This document shows, one piece after another, positions 34,301 to 44,800 of a stretch of DNA of 64,000 nucleotides; within the stretch, counting starts at the first letter, position 1; each line of letters begins with the position of its first letter. The stretch lies in IMG/VR virus record IMGVR_UViG_3300017751_000001, one strand, 5' to 3'. The position numbers and the translations under genes were made by a program. The notes beneath the pieces were generated by a model. That model did no database searches. It was not told the DNA's origin and saw nothing but the letters and a program-made list of their open reading frames with translations. The DNA is from a virus.

Positions 34301-36477
34301 TCGTATCCGAACGTTCTTTCCAGACTGGAATCTTCGGAAATTCTGAAGGTTGCAATTCCAGTAAATCCAAGTGTCTGTTTGGTGAGCGAAGACTCTCCAA
34401 CAGAGAATGTATCTGTACTTGGATAATGTTGACCACCAATCTGAACGTAATTGAATGGAGAAAGAATATCTCCAAATACGATAGAAGTAGTTGCAACTTC
34501 TCGGATATAACCCCAATCTTCAAACTCGGTAGCCGAGTTAACAATAAGACCCCAATCTTCGTCTGGGAGAACAATATCTCCTCTTGCAGATCTAAAGTGT
34601 GGAGTGAATCTTGCACTCAGTGGATTGCCAGCATCTCCACCGATATCGAATAGACTTACATTGCCATCTGCAAATGTTCTTTCGAGATTCGATGCTGCAC
34701 CAGATACAACCAGAGTTGCCGTAGATGTAGGTGGAGTATCAGAAAGAAGTACAGATCCAAATCCAATTGGTCTGATGGTGACCTTACGTTCCCCAGCCTG
34801 CCAAATAATCTTATCGTTAGCAGAACCAACTTGATTGAAGAGTACTGTATTATCAACAGTTGCAGGAACAAATCTTTCGACACAAGATCCACTGAAGGAA
34901 ATTTCTCCTTCGAGACCGAATATTGTACTTTGTGGAGCCTGACTGAAGAAGTTCTCTCCAATAACATTGAATCCACCAGAACCTGCATATCCAAATATCT
35001 GATCGACATCTTTTTCTGGATCGAGTTCTCCAAGTGCAAATAGAGATCCAGTACCAAAATATGCGAATGGGATAGATTCTGATGCACTGATACCAGTTGC
35101 CTGGTAATCGTGCATGAACAATCCACCACCGAGTTTTCTCTCAATGACTCCGTTATTTTCAACATCAATTGGGAATGTTTGACGAAGATCATATGTGATG
35201 CTAGTAACACCATAATGATCCCAGTTGGCATTATTACTTGAATTATCTTGTCTGAGTCTATAGAAGTAATTACCTCTGTTTTGTGCAGTGAGAGGAATTG
35301 ATACTTCTTTTAAGGAATTAAATGTAGTATCGTTATATGCACAAACAGTAGAAATTCTTATCCAACTACTTCCAGTCCATCTATCGAGATATAGACTTTC
35401 TTGAGTCTCGTCTGGATCTTCACCACCATTCGTATCACTACCCCTAATGACAGATAATTTAATGTAATCGGAGTTTGTGGTGTCAAATCTCCAATAGAAT
35501 TCTCTTGATCCATTACCAGTGCCAAATTTAACATGTCTACCGATGTCAAATCCACCAGTAGGACCAATACCACTACCACTACCTTGGATCTGTGTTCTCT
35601 GATAGTTGACTTGGTAATCAACCAAATCATCTGGCAGAATGTCAACAGGAAGATCTTTCTGTTGAGTATTTACAGTGATATCACCTAAATTCTCATATTC
35701 AAGTTGATCATCATCACTAAAGGATCTATCCTTGTTCGTAGTGATGATTCTATCGAAGGTTAGATCTTCCGCATCGGAGAACTTACCACCTGATGTATTG
35801 AATACGAATCCGTAGTTTTCGGCATCAAATTTGGTGTCTGGATCCAGACTATAGTCATAAATGACACGAGTAGGCGCAACGCCTTTGACTTTCGCGACAT
35901 TTTTAATGACAGCGATAAAGTCGTCTGGAAATAATGTACCGTTATATCCACTGAGGGTAAGAGTACCTGTAGCGTCCCAAGGATATCGGTTAAATTTGGC
36001 TGTCTCCCCTTTATCTGAAAGTTGAGCGAGTATACCAGATCCGACTGTGACAAATGTATTCGATTCTTTTGCTTGTCCGTATATGGACGGAGATGGTCCT
36101 GCGGCACCCAAGTCTGGGATGACAAGTCTTTCCAGACCTCCACCGATCTCAAAGAGGGTCCCAGACCCTCTCCAGGGGGTTACATACGATACTTCTGCAA
36201 TATCTTCTATGCGGAATAATCCAGAACCAGGAATAGCTGGAGAAATTAGTGGTAATGCGTTTCCACCAACATCAAACTTACCAAATGGTAAGACATCCGC
36301 TAGGTCTGTAATTAATCCAAAATACCAAGGATTGAAATTATCTGCACCGCGATCATCGTCAGCAGTGTCTGAAATGTTGCCATAGTCAGCCGTACTCGTT
36401 ACGGAAGTGGTTACCAAACCCTTATCTTCCGAAACGAATATATCTACCTTATTGGTATCGTAGACATAAACGGCCAT
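31381..36477 (-). CDS. Large acidic repeat-rich virion structural protein
   Basis: 1698-aa ORF, G/T/S/D-rich, with internal repeats (GYYGDDRDPG x4) and a jelly-roll-like insert. Confidence 0.8.
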   Translation of the reverse strand: MAVYVYDTNKVDIFVSEDKGLVTTSVTSTADYGNISDTADDDRGADNFNPWYFGLITDLADVLPFGKFDVGGNALPLISPAIPGSGLFRIEDIAEVSYVTPWRGSGTLFEIGGGLERLVIPDLGAAGPSPSIYGQAKESNTFVTVGSGILAQLSDKGETAKFNRYPWDATGTLTLSGYNGTLFPDDFIAVIKNVAKVKGVAPTRVIYDYSLDPDTKFDAENYGFVFNTSGGKFSDAEDLTFDRIITTNKDRSFSDDDQLEYENLGDITVNTQQKDLPVDILPDDLVDYQVNYQRTQIQGSGSGIGPTGGFDIGRHVKFGTGNGSREFYWRFDTTNSDYIKLSVIRGSDTNGGEDPDETQESLYLDRWTGSSWIRISTVCAYNDTTFNSLKEVSIPLTAQNRGNYFYRLRQDNSSNNANWDHYGVTSITYDLRQTFPIDVENNGVIERKLGGGLFMHDYQATGISASESIPFAYFGTGSLFALGELDPEKDVDQIFGYAGSGGFNVIGENFFSQAPQSTIFGLEGEISFSGSCVERFVPATVDNTVLFNQVGSANDKIIWQAGERKVTIRPIGFGSVLLSDTPPTSTATLVVSGAASNLERTFADGNVSLFDIGGDAGNPLSARFTPHFRSARGDIVLPDEDWGLIVNSATEFEDWGYIREVATTSIVFGDILSPFNYVQIGGQHYPSTDTFSVGESSLTKQTLGFTGIATFRISEDSSLERTFGYESSGITGIATYKAGINIFGYNWFSQAPQSTVFGLEGELTLSGSASESVTPFIEPQGTDGNFTFLSGSAEARSVAPSPAGDVYVGGTADIVFSPTVTGVGSATLRTGREEFQTYLRIIDPDMDLVLTTIGGGLVNEDFVKSYNESSIYYGPQDEDYGSILNAAAYGMGLNFSGAASDVETYDDETNTYDQDVLFSSDGLTYDQSTGGTSILPSFDKTESFPVNFGTTVVSEDLGTLTEGNPIPGGPAYDQYLYPNYTGFIDQDINQGYDDFGFINATTDSLTRVPFGQVDIEQPPTLTITRFIPQWNGSGTIIPSGTAEERFITSDGNTVLFDFIGTTSPEKFIAQTPEDTILFAVSGAAEDESVTFAEVGIGTVYLSGIGVESVRFVEIGTGILSFSGSALERSSMDPPEGTYLHVFSGADVRPGLSFACQTTKATQRLFGELYHPDIDFTPHYGIERNIGIETAFTLASGGGLNEDGTGPGIVTTRYLPDYKGQGVLTLSGKAIGRTNAPIFTDGTIYILGIHTAAQGISSGRETGLSESYSPGTIFGGPGQVTFKGVSPTRPIQVFGYYGDDRDPGAGTTGVISITPAQQGIEIRSLKDYVGVGTAYFSGAYSDLAATFREIGTGELFKFSALYERRTFDYIGSGLLTASGTTDAPSSFQTPESTVLFTVSGDIRERVSLDNETGGTISIFNTEKVVTGITLTIATGGTFSLFSSGAESIVIPSDTTTALFDIEGIAKTKEIQVYGYYGDDRDPGTSGTITIVGELTHPQIDYTPAEVGFGDLTFVGESIVKVDLKIVGKGTLPISGSATEKFVSGAGEDTILFSIDGSAETALNQVYGYYGDDRDPGTSGITTISGVGITKPIQVFGYYGDDKDPGTSGTFTFSNTPLVHPEVDYTPHYTGTGVVYFTGGVSVKRTFPEVVGSGSLFGFGTKDEAFARTTYVGIGVANFFGASFTETIAFEPARVYVTII
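31657..32607 (-). repeat. Four dispersed coding repeats QV[FY]GYYGDD[RK]DPG
   Basis: Copies at about 32571-32607, 32023-32070, 31744-31791 and 31657-31704. Confidence 0.9.
34196..34947. repeat. 41-bp direct repeat, 40/41 identical (34196-34236 and 34907-34947)
   Basis: ccttcgagaccgaata[c/t]tgtactttgtggagcctgactgaa; encodes FSQAPQST[VI]FGLEG. Confidence 0.9.
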
Positions 36478-36500
36478 AGTTTAATTCTTATCATTTGATG

Positions 36501-36535
36501 AAAAAGGGGACTGCCTTGATAATAAAGCAATCCCC
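36501..36535 (-). terminator. Rho-independent terminator
   Basis: Minus strand GGGGATTGCTTT-ATTATC-AAGGCAGTCCCC (12-bp stem, two G-U pairs) followed by TTTTT. Confidence 0.8.
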
Positions 36536-36566
36536 ACCATGACAAATATTCTATTTTATATATGAA

Positions 36567-37574
36567 TCAGTCAAGTGCGACGTTCAGGGTGATTTTAATT
36601 TGGTCACCGTTGTTCTGAATGTTGTATGGACCATTCGTGAATCTCTCAGCGTACATGATGCTGGAGTACAGGGTCGCAGTATTCAGTCCAAGAACACCGT
36701 TGGATGTTGCGGTTAGAGACGGTGTGGTTACGAACTCGTCAGCGTTTTGTACGTCAAAGACGGTATAAACATTAGATTCAAGAGTTGTATTACCTGCACC
36801 AGCAGCAACGTAAAGGATATCTCCTCGTTGAAGACCGTGGTTGACAATAGCAATCTTACCGAAACTAAAGGTAACTGATGGATCAGTTGCAACCTGAATG
36901 TTATCAATCAGTGGTTTGTCTAGATAGACAACTTGCAATGCTCGATCGAGACCAATAATTCGCGTTCCAGTCTGAACACCCGCGTTACCAGCGACATACT
37001 GTCCAAGAGTTAGATCGTTGATGGAGACCTGTGGGTCAACAACGAAGTATCTGTTACCAACAACTCCAATACATGGATCAGTGTTGTTACCCTTGGTGAC
37101 GGTTGTTCCGATACCCACACTAGCTGCGTGGTTAACACCCTGTACGGATACAGGCATGTTGTTTGCTCTGGTTACATAATAACCGTAGATATTACCAGCA
37201 GGTCCAGTAAAGGTGAAAGTCTGTTCGGGATAGGTTGCGGTTGTACCACTACCAACGTTCTTAATAACCCAGCGAGATCCATTTAGAAGCACACCGTACT
37301 GTGCGGTGTAGTCTTGGTCGATTCTATTATCGACGCAGACGGGGTAACCAGTATTTGCAGTAGTTCCGTAACCATTAACGTTTCCGTCAATATATGGTTC
37401 AAAATATGCAGTCTGGGAAGGAACATCACCCTCAGCAGGGGTGGTGTTACTCGTAAATAGTTTAAGAACGAGATTTCTTGGTGAGGTATCCTCCAAGTCT
37501 GCAACAAAGTTATTCTGAGCAATCAGATAACGGAGAGACTCAATTTCACCAATATTGGGAACTAGTAATGCCAT
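36567..37574 (-). CDS. Virion structural protein
   Basis: MALLVPNIGE..LRYL, LKLFTSNTTP and YAERFTNGPYNIQNNGDQIKITLN, a major-structural-type ORF with a GAGGAG RBS before the ATG at 37574. Confidence 0.75.
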   Translation of the reverse strand: MALLVPNIGEIESLRYLIAQNNFVADLEDTSPRNLVLKLFTSNTTPAEGDVPSQTAYFEPYIDGNVNGYGTTANTGYPVCVDNRIDQDYTAQYGVLLNGSRWVIKNVGSGTTATYPEQTFTFTGPAGNIYGYYVTRANNMPVSVQGVNHAASVGIGTTVTKGNNTDPCIGVVGNRYFVVDPQVSINDLTLGQYVAGNAGVQTGTRIIGLDRALQVVYLDKPLIDNIQVATDPSVTFSFGKIAIVNHGLQRGDILYVAAGAGNTTLESNVYTVFDVQNADEFVTTPSLTATSNGVLGLNTATLYSSIMYAERFTNGPYNIQNNGDQIKITLNVALD

Positions 37575-37617
37575 CGAAAACAACTCCTCGTAAGGGTTAG
37601 ACTTTAAGAACTATACT

Positions 37618-37625
37618 TATTTATA
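37618..37625 (-). promoter_or_regulatory. T4-type late promoter TATAAATA
   Basis: Exact consensus upstream of the ATG at 37574. Confidence 0.8.
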
Positions 37626-38298
37626 ATTTTAATTTTAAAGAGATCAGCAACCTTCGCATGTTTGTTGAGCTGACTACTGAAAAATCTAATATATCACCAG
37701 CAACGATCGTCTTATCCCAATTATTTAGTACATCATCAACATACTTATTTTGGGTTTGTAGTTGAACTCGTTGATTATCAGTAATTGTTGTAAATGTAGG
37801 AAAATCTTGGAAGTTAGATTTCGATACCTCTAAAACAATATCTCCTGTTTGATCACTCAACACTTTGATCGATTCTATTGTTCCAGAAACATCGACAGTA
37901 ACTTTGCCTTTGCTTCCTGGGGAGATAGCCTGAGATCCACTATCAATAACAAAATTAACTGATCTTGTCAGATCCGCAGTAGTTGCAAGAGCAATGATGA
38001 ATACGTCATCACCAACAACTGGTGCAACTGAGAAAATAAGTTGATCACCAGCAATGGTGAAATCTTCTCCTGGTTCCATGACCAGATTGTTTTTACAAAC
38101 AATCAGTTGTTGGTCATTTAATGGATTATATGTATCGCCACCACTATTTAACGAAAAAGTAACACCAATACCATTGAATTGACCATTAATGTCATCAATG
38201 ATGAGGTTGGTGTTCTGAGTTGACTTCGATGGAATTTCGTAGTCAACTCCGACTGAATATGATCCAGGACTATTTAAATTTACTAAGTAATCAGTCAT
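37621..38298 (-). CDS. Hypothetical virion protein
   Basis: 225 aa. Contains DDINGQFNGIGVTF.L and NNLVMEPGEDFTIAGDQLIFSVAP, a module that recurs in the giant baseplate proteins of this window. Confidence 0.75.
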   Translation of the reverse strand: MTDYLVNLNSPGSYSVGVDYEIPSKSTQNTNLIIDDINGQFNGIGVTFSLNSGGDTYNPLNDQQLIVCKNNLVMEPGEDFTIAGDQLIFSVAPVVGDDVFIIALATTADLTRSVNFVIDSGSQAISPGSKGKVTVDVSGTIESIKVLSDQTGDIVLEVSKSNFQDFPTFTTITDNQRVQLQTQNKYVDDVLNNWDKTIVAGDILDFSVVSSTNMRRLLISLKLKL

Positions 38299-38627
38299 GA
38301 TACTCCAGGTAACACTAAAACATTTCCTGCTATAGGTCTAGTCTTATAATTGTTTGGAGAAACAAGTACCAGATCATATACATATCTTCCTCCCTCCAAA
38401 GTTCCAGTAGAAGTTACCGCAAGGGCTACTTTTACGACACCATTGATTCTATTTGGGAAAGAGATAACAAAATTCGTGTATTTTGTCGCATCTGGGTGTT
38501 TTCTAATCTTCGCTAGAGCAGAGTACCCAGTCAAATTTAATGGCGAATTATTCGCATTCTTAATAGTAAAGGTTGCTTCAAAATCAACGTTTTGTTCAAT
38601 GACTAAATTGACATTTCTAGCTGCCAT
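38295..38627 (-). CDS. Small Ig-like baseplate/tail protein (BppU N-terminal-like)
   Basis: NLVIEQNVDF, PLNLTGYS..AKIRK, G.V.VAL and GRYVYDLVL pattern. Confidence 0.65.
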   Translation of the reverse strand: MAARNVNLVIEQNVDFEATFTIKNANNSPLNLTGYSALAKIRKHPDATKYTNFVISFPNRINGVVKVALAVTSTGTLEGGRYVYDLVLVSPNNYKTRPIAGNVLVLPGVS

Positions 38628-38649
38628 TACACAAAAAGGAAGATTTTAG

Positions 38650-38859
38650 TTATTTATCCAATTTTTCCAGAAGGAGTTTCATCATGACCTTAAGTTCACT
38701 AACATCATTTTTTAATTCATCTATTTCTAATGATTTTTGAGCCGCAATTCTTTTTTGTTTGATATACGACTCATATGCACCATCATTGCAATTTATCACT
38801 GCTCCAGTCTCGTTATCTCGATATAGAGAGTGGCTACTTTCAACTTTTATTTTATCCAT
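38650..38859 (-). CDS. Small hypothetical protein with C-terminal coiled coil
   Basis: 69 aa (LYRDNETGAVIN...EIDELKNDVSELK); start overlaps the stop of the upstream gene. Confidence 0.75.
   Translation of the reverse strand: MDKIKVESSHSLYRDNETGAVINCNDGAYESYIKQKRIAAQKSLEIDELKNDVSELKVMMKLLLEKLDK
38651..38658 (-). promoter_or_regulatory. Late promoter GATAAATA
   Basis: NATAAATA motif 24 nt upstream of the ORF starting at 38627. Confidence 0.6.
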
Positions 38860-41800
38860 TAAATTGTAGCAATAACTCTGAAGTCTCTCAATCTTGGAAC
38901 GTAAGCATAGTTACTTCCAGACATACAAACTTTAATTTGGAATGCATTGAACTGTGCAATATTTGAGACATTAAATTCATATGGATTAATATCATCATAT
39001 CCATCAGATGCGGGAACGAACTTGTCGGGTAACCCATCATTTTTGGCAGGATCGATAATTCCACCAGAAAGATCTAGATTTTTATATCCAGGGAATAACT
39101 GGAATAGTTGATCTCCCGAAGGTGCATCAACACGGAATGCCCTGTAAAGAACTCTAATTTCATTTGTATGATGTCTATATGCATCAAACATAACTTTCAA
39201 TCCATCTGCAGCCTTATCAAGATTAATAACCTGAGTTAAGTAAATGGCAGCATTTGGATCATTATCAATAGAATTCACTCGTTTATCAGTTGCATAGTTG
39301 TCAACTTTATTGTTGAGTCTATTCATAATGAAGACAGCACTTACTCTGTCCAAATCAATTTGCGGAGAAACAAATTCATCTTCAGTGTTAAGAGTAACTT
39401 CTATTGCAAATGATTTTCTTCCAGGATAATTCTCCAATCTAGTCAATTCATTTACTTTAGATGCAATAATTCTTGGTGAAGTAAATTCGTTATCACCTTC
39501 CAAGGAGATGGGTTGAAATCCCTGATCAATGAATGCTCCCAGGTTTCCATCTGGACTATCTCCACTAAATGTCCTACAAGATGCAGAAACACTGGTTCCA
39601 TCTGGTTGTAAGATAGTGAAGTTTGGTCTCAATATATTGAAGGGAATATTTTGGGTAGCTCTTGGAACATTACCCGAACCAGTATTAGCGCCTTCCGCAA
39701 TATAAGATCCAGCAGACTTGGTTTCATTCCAATATAATTCTGGTAATCCAGTAGCATTTCCAGGACTTCTATCAACACCTCTACTAGAAATACCAACCTT
39801 CAACCAATAAGAATCAACATCAATTGGATACTTAGTGATGTTTACTTCACCAAGATTATGCGAGGTATTAATTCTTCTCAATGAAATACCATTAAGTTCA
39901 TACTTGAAAAGTAGATCATCTACAGAATAATTTCCAGAAGTAGTATCATCAACAGCTCTAGTGATACCAGTAACTGCACTGGAGGTCGTGGTGACTCCAG
40001 TATACTTGATAATTTCATCACCTAATTTCAAATATCCAGGATTATTTGAATCGACAGGAACATTTTCAAAACTAGTATAAACTCCAACATTGGTTACTGA
40101 AAGATTATCAGTCGAAGAAGAATTATATTTGGCAGTGAGTTTTTCTGGTTTTACATCAGTTTCCATATTTGAAAGTGTAACCATATCCAATGGGCTATAC
40201 ATTCCATGGTTACTATGTTTGACCATAAATGTCAGTCCATCACTGATACTGTCAACATATTGAATAGAAGTTGCGGAAATAATTGATGTCGATCCAGCAC
40301 CTGTTGTAAAAACAACCGCAGAGGATGCATCAACACTTGGAACACCTTGAACTCTGTCAACAATTAGTGTATTAAAGGCACTAATAATACCCACTTCATT
40401 TTTAATAGAAAGTCGTAAATCGGAACCAAATCCACCAGTATTGATTGGATCTGCAGTCAATACATCACCAACAGAATATCCAGTGCCTCCAGCAGAAACA
40501 GTAGCAGAACTTACTAGATTAGATCCAACGACAATTGTTGCTTTTGCACCAGATCCATTTCCAGTCAAACTAACTAGAGGAACATCAGTATATGTTGGGG
40601 ATCCATTTGCAAATCCACTTCCTGCACTCGTTAGGGCGAGAACACTTCCAATACCAACAGCACCAAGAACCTTGATAAGTTTTGCAGAGAAGTTTGCATT
40701 ATTTTCTTGTCCAATGGTTGTACCCGCAACAAGACCAGCAACTTCATTAGAAGTCAAACTCTTACCAAGACCAATAACGGTATTATTGGATAACATATTA
40801 AGAGGATTATTACTCAGTGTAACAATTTGTTTGTTGCCAATGTCTAGATCAGGATTATAGAATTTAACAGTTCCACTTGTGGAACTAAATTGAGCCTGAT
40901 AAAGATTGAACTTCAGATCCTCAAACTGACTTGGATCCCATGTAGCACCATTCTGGGATTTGAATAGTGAACCAAGAAGTGGTTGTTGGGAAACAATAAT
41001 CTTCTCAGAGTCCGCGCTGTTTATAGTAGAAATATCCTCTTCGCCCATTCTAGAGATGAATACTGTGTATTCATTGGAAGCCGAAAGAAGAACCAAAGCA
41101 TATGCATTTCCTCCTTGGCAATATACAGGAGAATCGAAGGTAAATGTTGTTGCTTTACTACCATCGTTTGAAGTAACAACTTCAGATGGATCAAGAACCT
41201 TTTCACCAAAAGGCAAAATTGATTGCGTAGGTAAACCTAGTTCCAGATCTCTGACTTGCAATGTTACGGGCAATTCGGAAGCATCCTTTGTTCTGAAGTA
41301 AATTTCACAACTAGTGAGGAAAACTCCGTTTTCATCTGGAACTTCAAACGACTGTGCAAGTGGGTCAACCCATCTTGTTTGTTTTTTCTTTCTATTTTTA
41401 AATTTAACTGTTGCTTTTAATCTAGTTCTGCTTCTGCTTACATCTTTAGATTCTGATGTGGGAACCCTTTCAACACTAGCATTACGAATTCGTAGAGTTG
41501 TTTCTTGAGTGTTATTGATTGTTCCCGTAGACATAAATGTCGTTTCCGCAGAACTATCAGTAAATCCCGAAATAGTCTGGTTACTTGAACTAGAAGTCAG
41601 TGTAAAAGTCTTACTACCAGTATTGAATACTTGTGAAGATGGTACAGTTGGATCGGGGATAAACAAAGATCCGATTACAACACCGGCTCTATCAGTGACA
41701 ATTCTAATATCTTTAACTTTTGCAATAGCACCACTAGACTGACCAACTAAGGTCATACTCTTAGCAAGACATCCAAAGAATCCAGATGCAGATTGAAGTT

Positions 41801-44800
41801 CAAGAGACGCAGTGTCTACATTAAGTAACCCTGTAGTTGAGGAATATGATCCAGAGATACTATTATCAACATTATATGGATTGCTGGTATACGTCTGAGT
41901 CGGAACATTATACGGACCATACTTATGATTTTGTTGAGCCAATCTAAACTTAATACTCTTGTTTGTAGAGTTAGTTCCATTTCCAACAACAATTTCACCA
42001 ACACCGAAGGTTCCACTTACCATTTCAATTTCAATAAGTTTTGGAACAATGAAGGCATTCATATCGATATTATCGAAGAATGCATAAAGTCTCGTATTTG
42101 GTTTTAGTCTCTTACAAACAAACTCAATATTCCTAGATCGCATCACAGCAGCAACATCGCTGGAAACGACCCTATTTCCTAAACTCTTCGAGTCAAATGA
42201 CTCTTCCACTTTATATTGTATACCGTCTCTAGATTTAGTTCCAGTTTTAACAGTGGTTACTTCCCGAATCTTGGTAACCTTCTGCTTCCACCTTTTAGTA
42301 GTAGTAACGGGAATACCTCTACCACGTACAAACTTTCCTCTTTTTTTCTTCTTCTTCATAGAGCCTTTGACTCTCTTACTCTTCTTCAGGATAACAGGAC
42401 CTTTGGTCCTAGTTTTACCAGTCCAAGTCGTTTCCCACGCACCCCACTGAATAGGAGATAATCCAGTATTACTATCTGTCCCACCAACCATTCCTTGCAT
42501 GGCATCGTAGCTACCTTCCATATCTACGGTCATACTAGGAATTTTTCTAGTATCAATCCAAGTATCTGTTGCTGGATTCAATTCTAAAACTCCAATCCAA
42601 TTTACAACATGGAATGGGTTTACATTTTCACTTCTAGTAGCAAACTTATTCTTAAGCCACTCTTTCTCAGTATATTTGAGAGTTACAATATCACCTTTCT
42701 TGACAACATTTGCATCTCCAAGATCACTTACGAATCTATAGTCCGCATCTGGAGTTGCCGAACCTGCAGCACTAGCACCAATAACAGCTTCAGATCCCAA
42801 CAAAAGGTCTATTGATGTCGTATAGTGTTCGGGTCTTGCCTCTCCTTCTGCAGTGTCAATACTGCACCTATATTGACTATCAGAAACGGCTCCTCCACCC
42901 ACTTTGGATCTAAAGTTATCAACAAAAAATCCAGATTTAAACTTATCAAGATTTGTAGTTGGATCTTTAATAGTCAAACTAGAAGTTTCCGTCTCTAGGA
43001 GAGAAAGACTTGTATAGTATTCTACATTAGTAAGTCTAGTATCAATATTAGCAATATCTCTCATTTGATATCGCTTGTGGGTAGCAACTTGAACCTCAAT
43101 ATCATCAACACTATAGAGATATGGAGGCATCTCAAGGGTAGCAATCTCTAGAGCATTATCTACACTATTTGGTACTTGTGGATCATATGAAGGAACTCCT
43201 TCTGCTCTGTTAAAAACTCCATCTTTTGTTAAGAAAATTTTATCAATTCTGCCCAAATAATAATCATAACTTAAGTTAATGTTTTTATTACTGGAAAATA
43301 CGTGAGTAGTCGATGATGTGAGTGGATTGAATTCTCTAGACTTATATTCAAAAGGAGATAAAGTAGAAGCTACAGAAACAGCTCTAGGTCTCAGATCAAT
43401 AATATCAGAGACTGGAATGTCACCAATATATGGAAGAGTATTACCATAAAGAGTAGCATCGTAAGAATCGACTGAAACAAGATCACCAGGATCAGAATTT
43501 TCAATAACAAAACTATCGTAGACGACCGTCAATCTCTTAGTTGGAGCATTTGCAGAATTTTTTCTTATAAGAGAAGAGAAATCTATATAATCTTCATTTT
43601 GACCAGGATCAAATTCAAAGTTATTCTTAATATCTCTGTCTCCAGAAAGAAAAGATTGTACGTTAGCACTAATATTAGAATCTTGAAAAATTACAGTTTC
43701 CCCACTTTGGAATACACTTTCGTTTTCGTAGATAAATGATGCTTCATTCGTTCCATTAGTTTCTACAAAAATTGCAGATGCCCCAGAGGTTTCTCCAACT
43801 ATGGATTCACCTTTAAGTGCATTGGTGATAGATGCATTCAAATCCGTTAGGATAATTTTTGGAAGTTGTGGACTACTATTTGAAGAAGATTCAAAAACAG
43901 CAGCAACTCTTGCTACATCACAAATTCCTAGAGAAATTCTTTTATCTTGGACTCTAGTTCCATAAACCTCAGAGAATGTTAACCCATCATTTCCACTGGA
44001 ATTTCCGATTCCAGAAGTATTTGTAGATGAATTGGAAATTTGAATAGTATTAGCTCTGCTGAATACTTTGTTTTTAGCTTTAGGATTTTTCTTCTTCCAC
44101 GTTACGGTAAGAGTAGCGGCGCCATCTTCACTCATCTGAGAAAGAGTGACGGTCCTACCAGAAACTGTCAATTTTTGATCGGAAAGAGACTCAGTTGTTC
44201 CAGTAGAATCGAAGGATACGTTATAATCTTCGGCATCATAAGGTTCCAAAGTTAGACTTGAATCAGATTCTAATGTTGCACTATATGCACCAGAAGAAAC
44301 TGCAATATAGTATGTTTTCTTGAAAATAATCTCAGCGTCGTTGAGATTTACAGAAGAAACGTTTGGTTCGGTAAGTTCTGCATATAAAGTATTACTTCCA
44401 CTATTAAGAATTTCCAAAGTGACTTTATTCACGTCACTTGCAGTAATCTCACTAGTTGGAAGAGCACCTACGTTTACATTGGTTACGGTAGTAGTTGCTT
44501 CAACAATTATGCTTCTTGCATTAGTACCAATCTGTTTTACGACAGCATATGACGGTGTTGCAGTAGCTGCTTTACTATATGCGATCACATCACCAGTAGA
44601 AATACCACTTACTGCGCCAAAATTGGCATTAGGAGAAGTAATTGTAGATACACCCGCACTTTCAATACTAACTGTATATTCACTTCCAGGTTCTGCAAAC
44701 CTAATTTTATTAGTCAGCTTAGTATCAGCAGTAAATGCTACTCCATCAGAAGATGCGATTTGATAGACATCTTGAATACCATAATCATCAAACTCAGTAA

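Noticed and set aside
31789-34653. Plus-strand ORFs of 100-190 aa antisense to the structural genes (e.g. 31789-32361, 32527-32976, 34138-34653), and similar ones across the window
   Set aside because: Antisense shadows of strongly biased genes: Ser/Thr/Ile-rich, with no recognisable motifs or expression signals.
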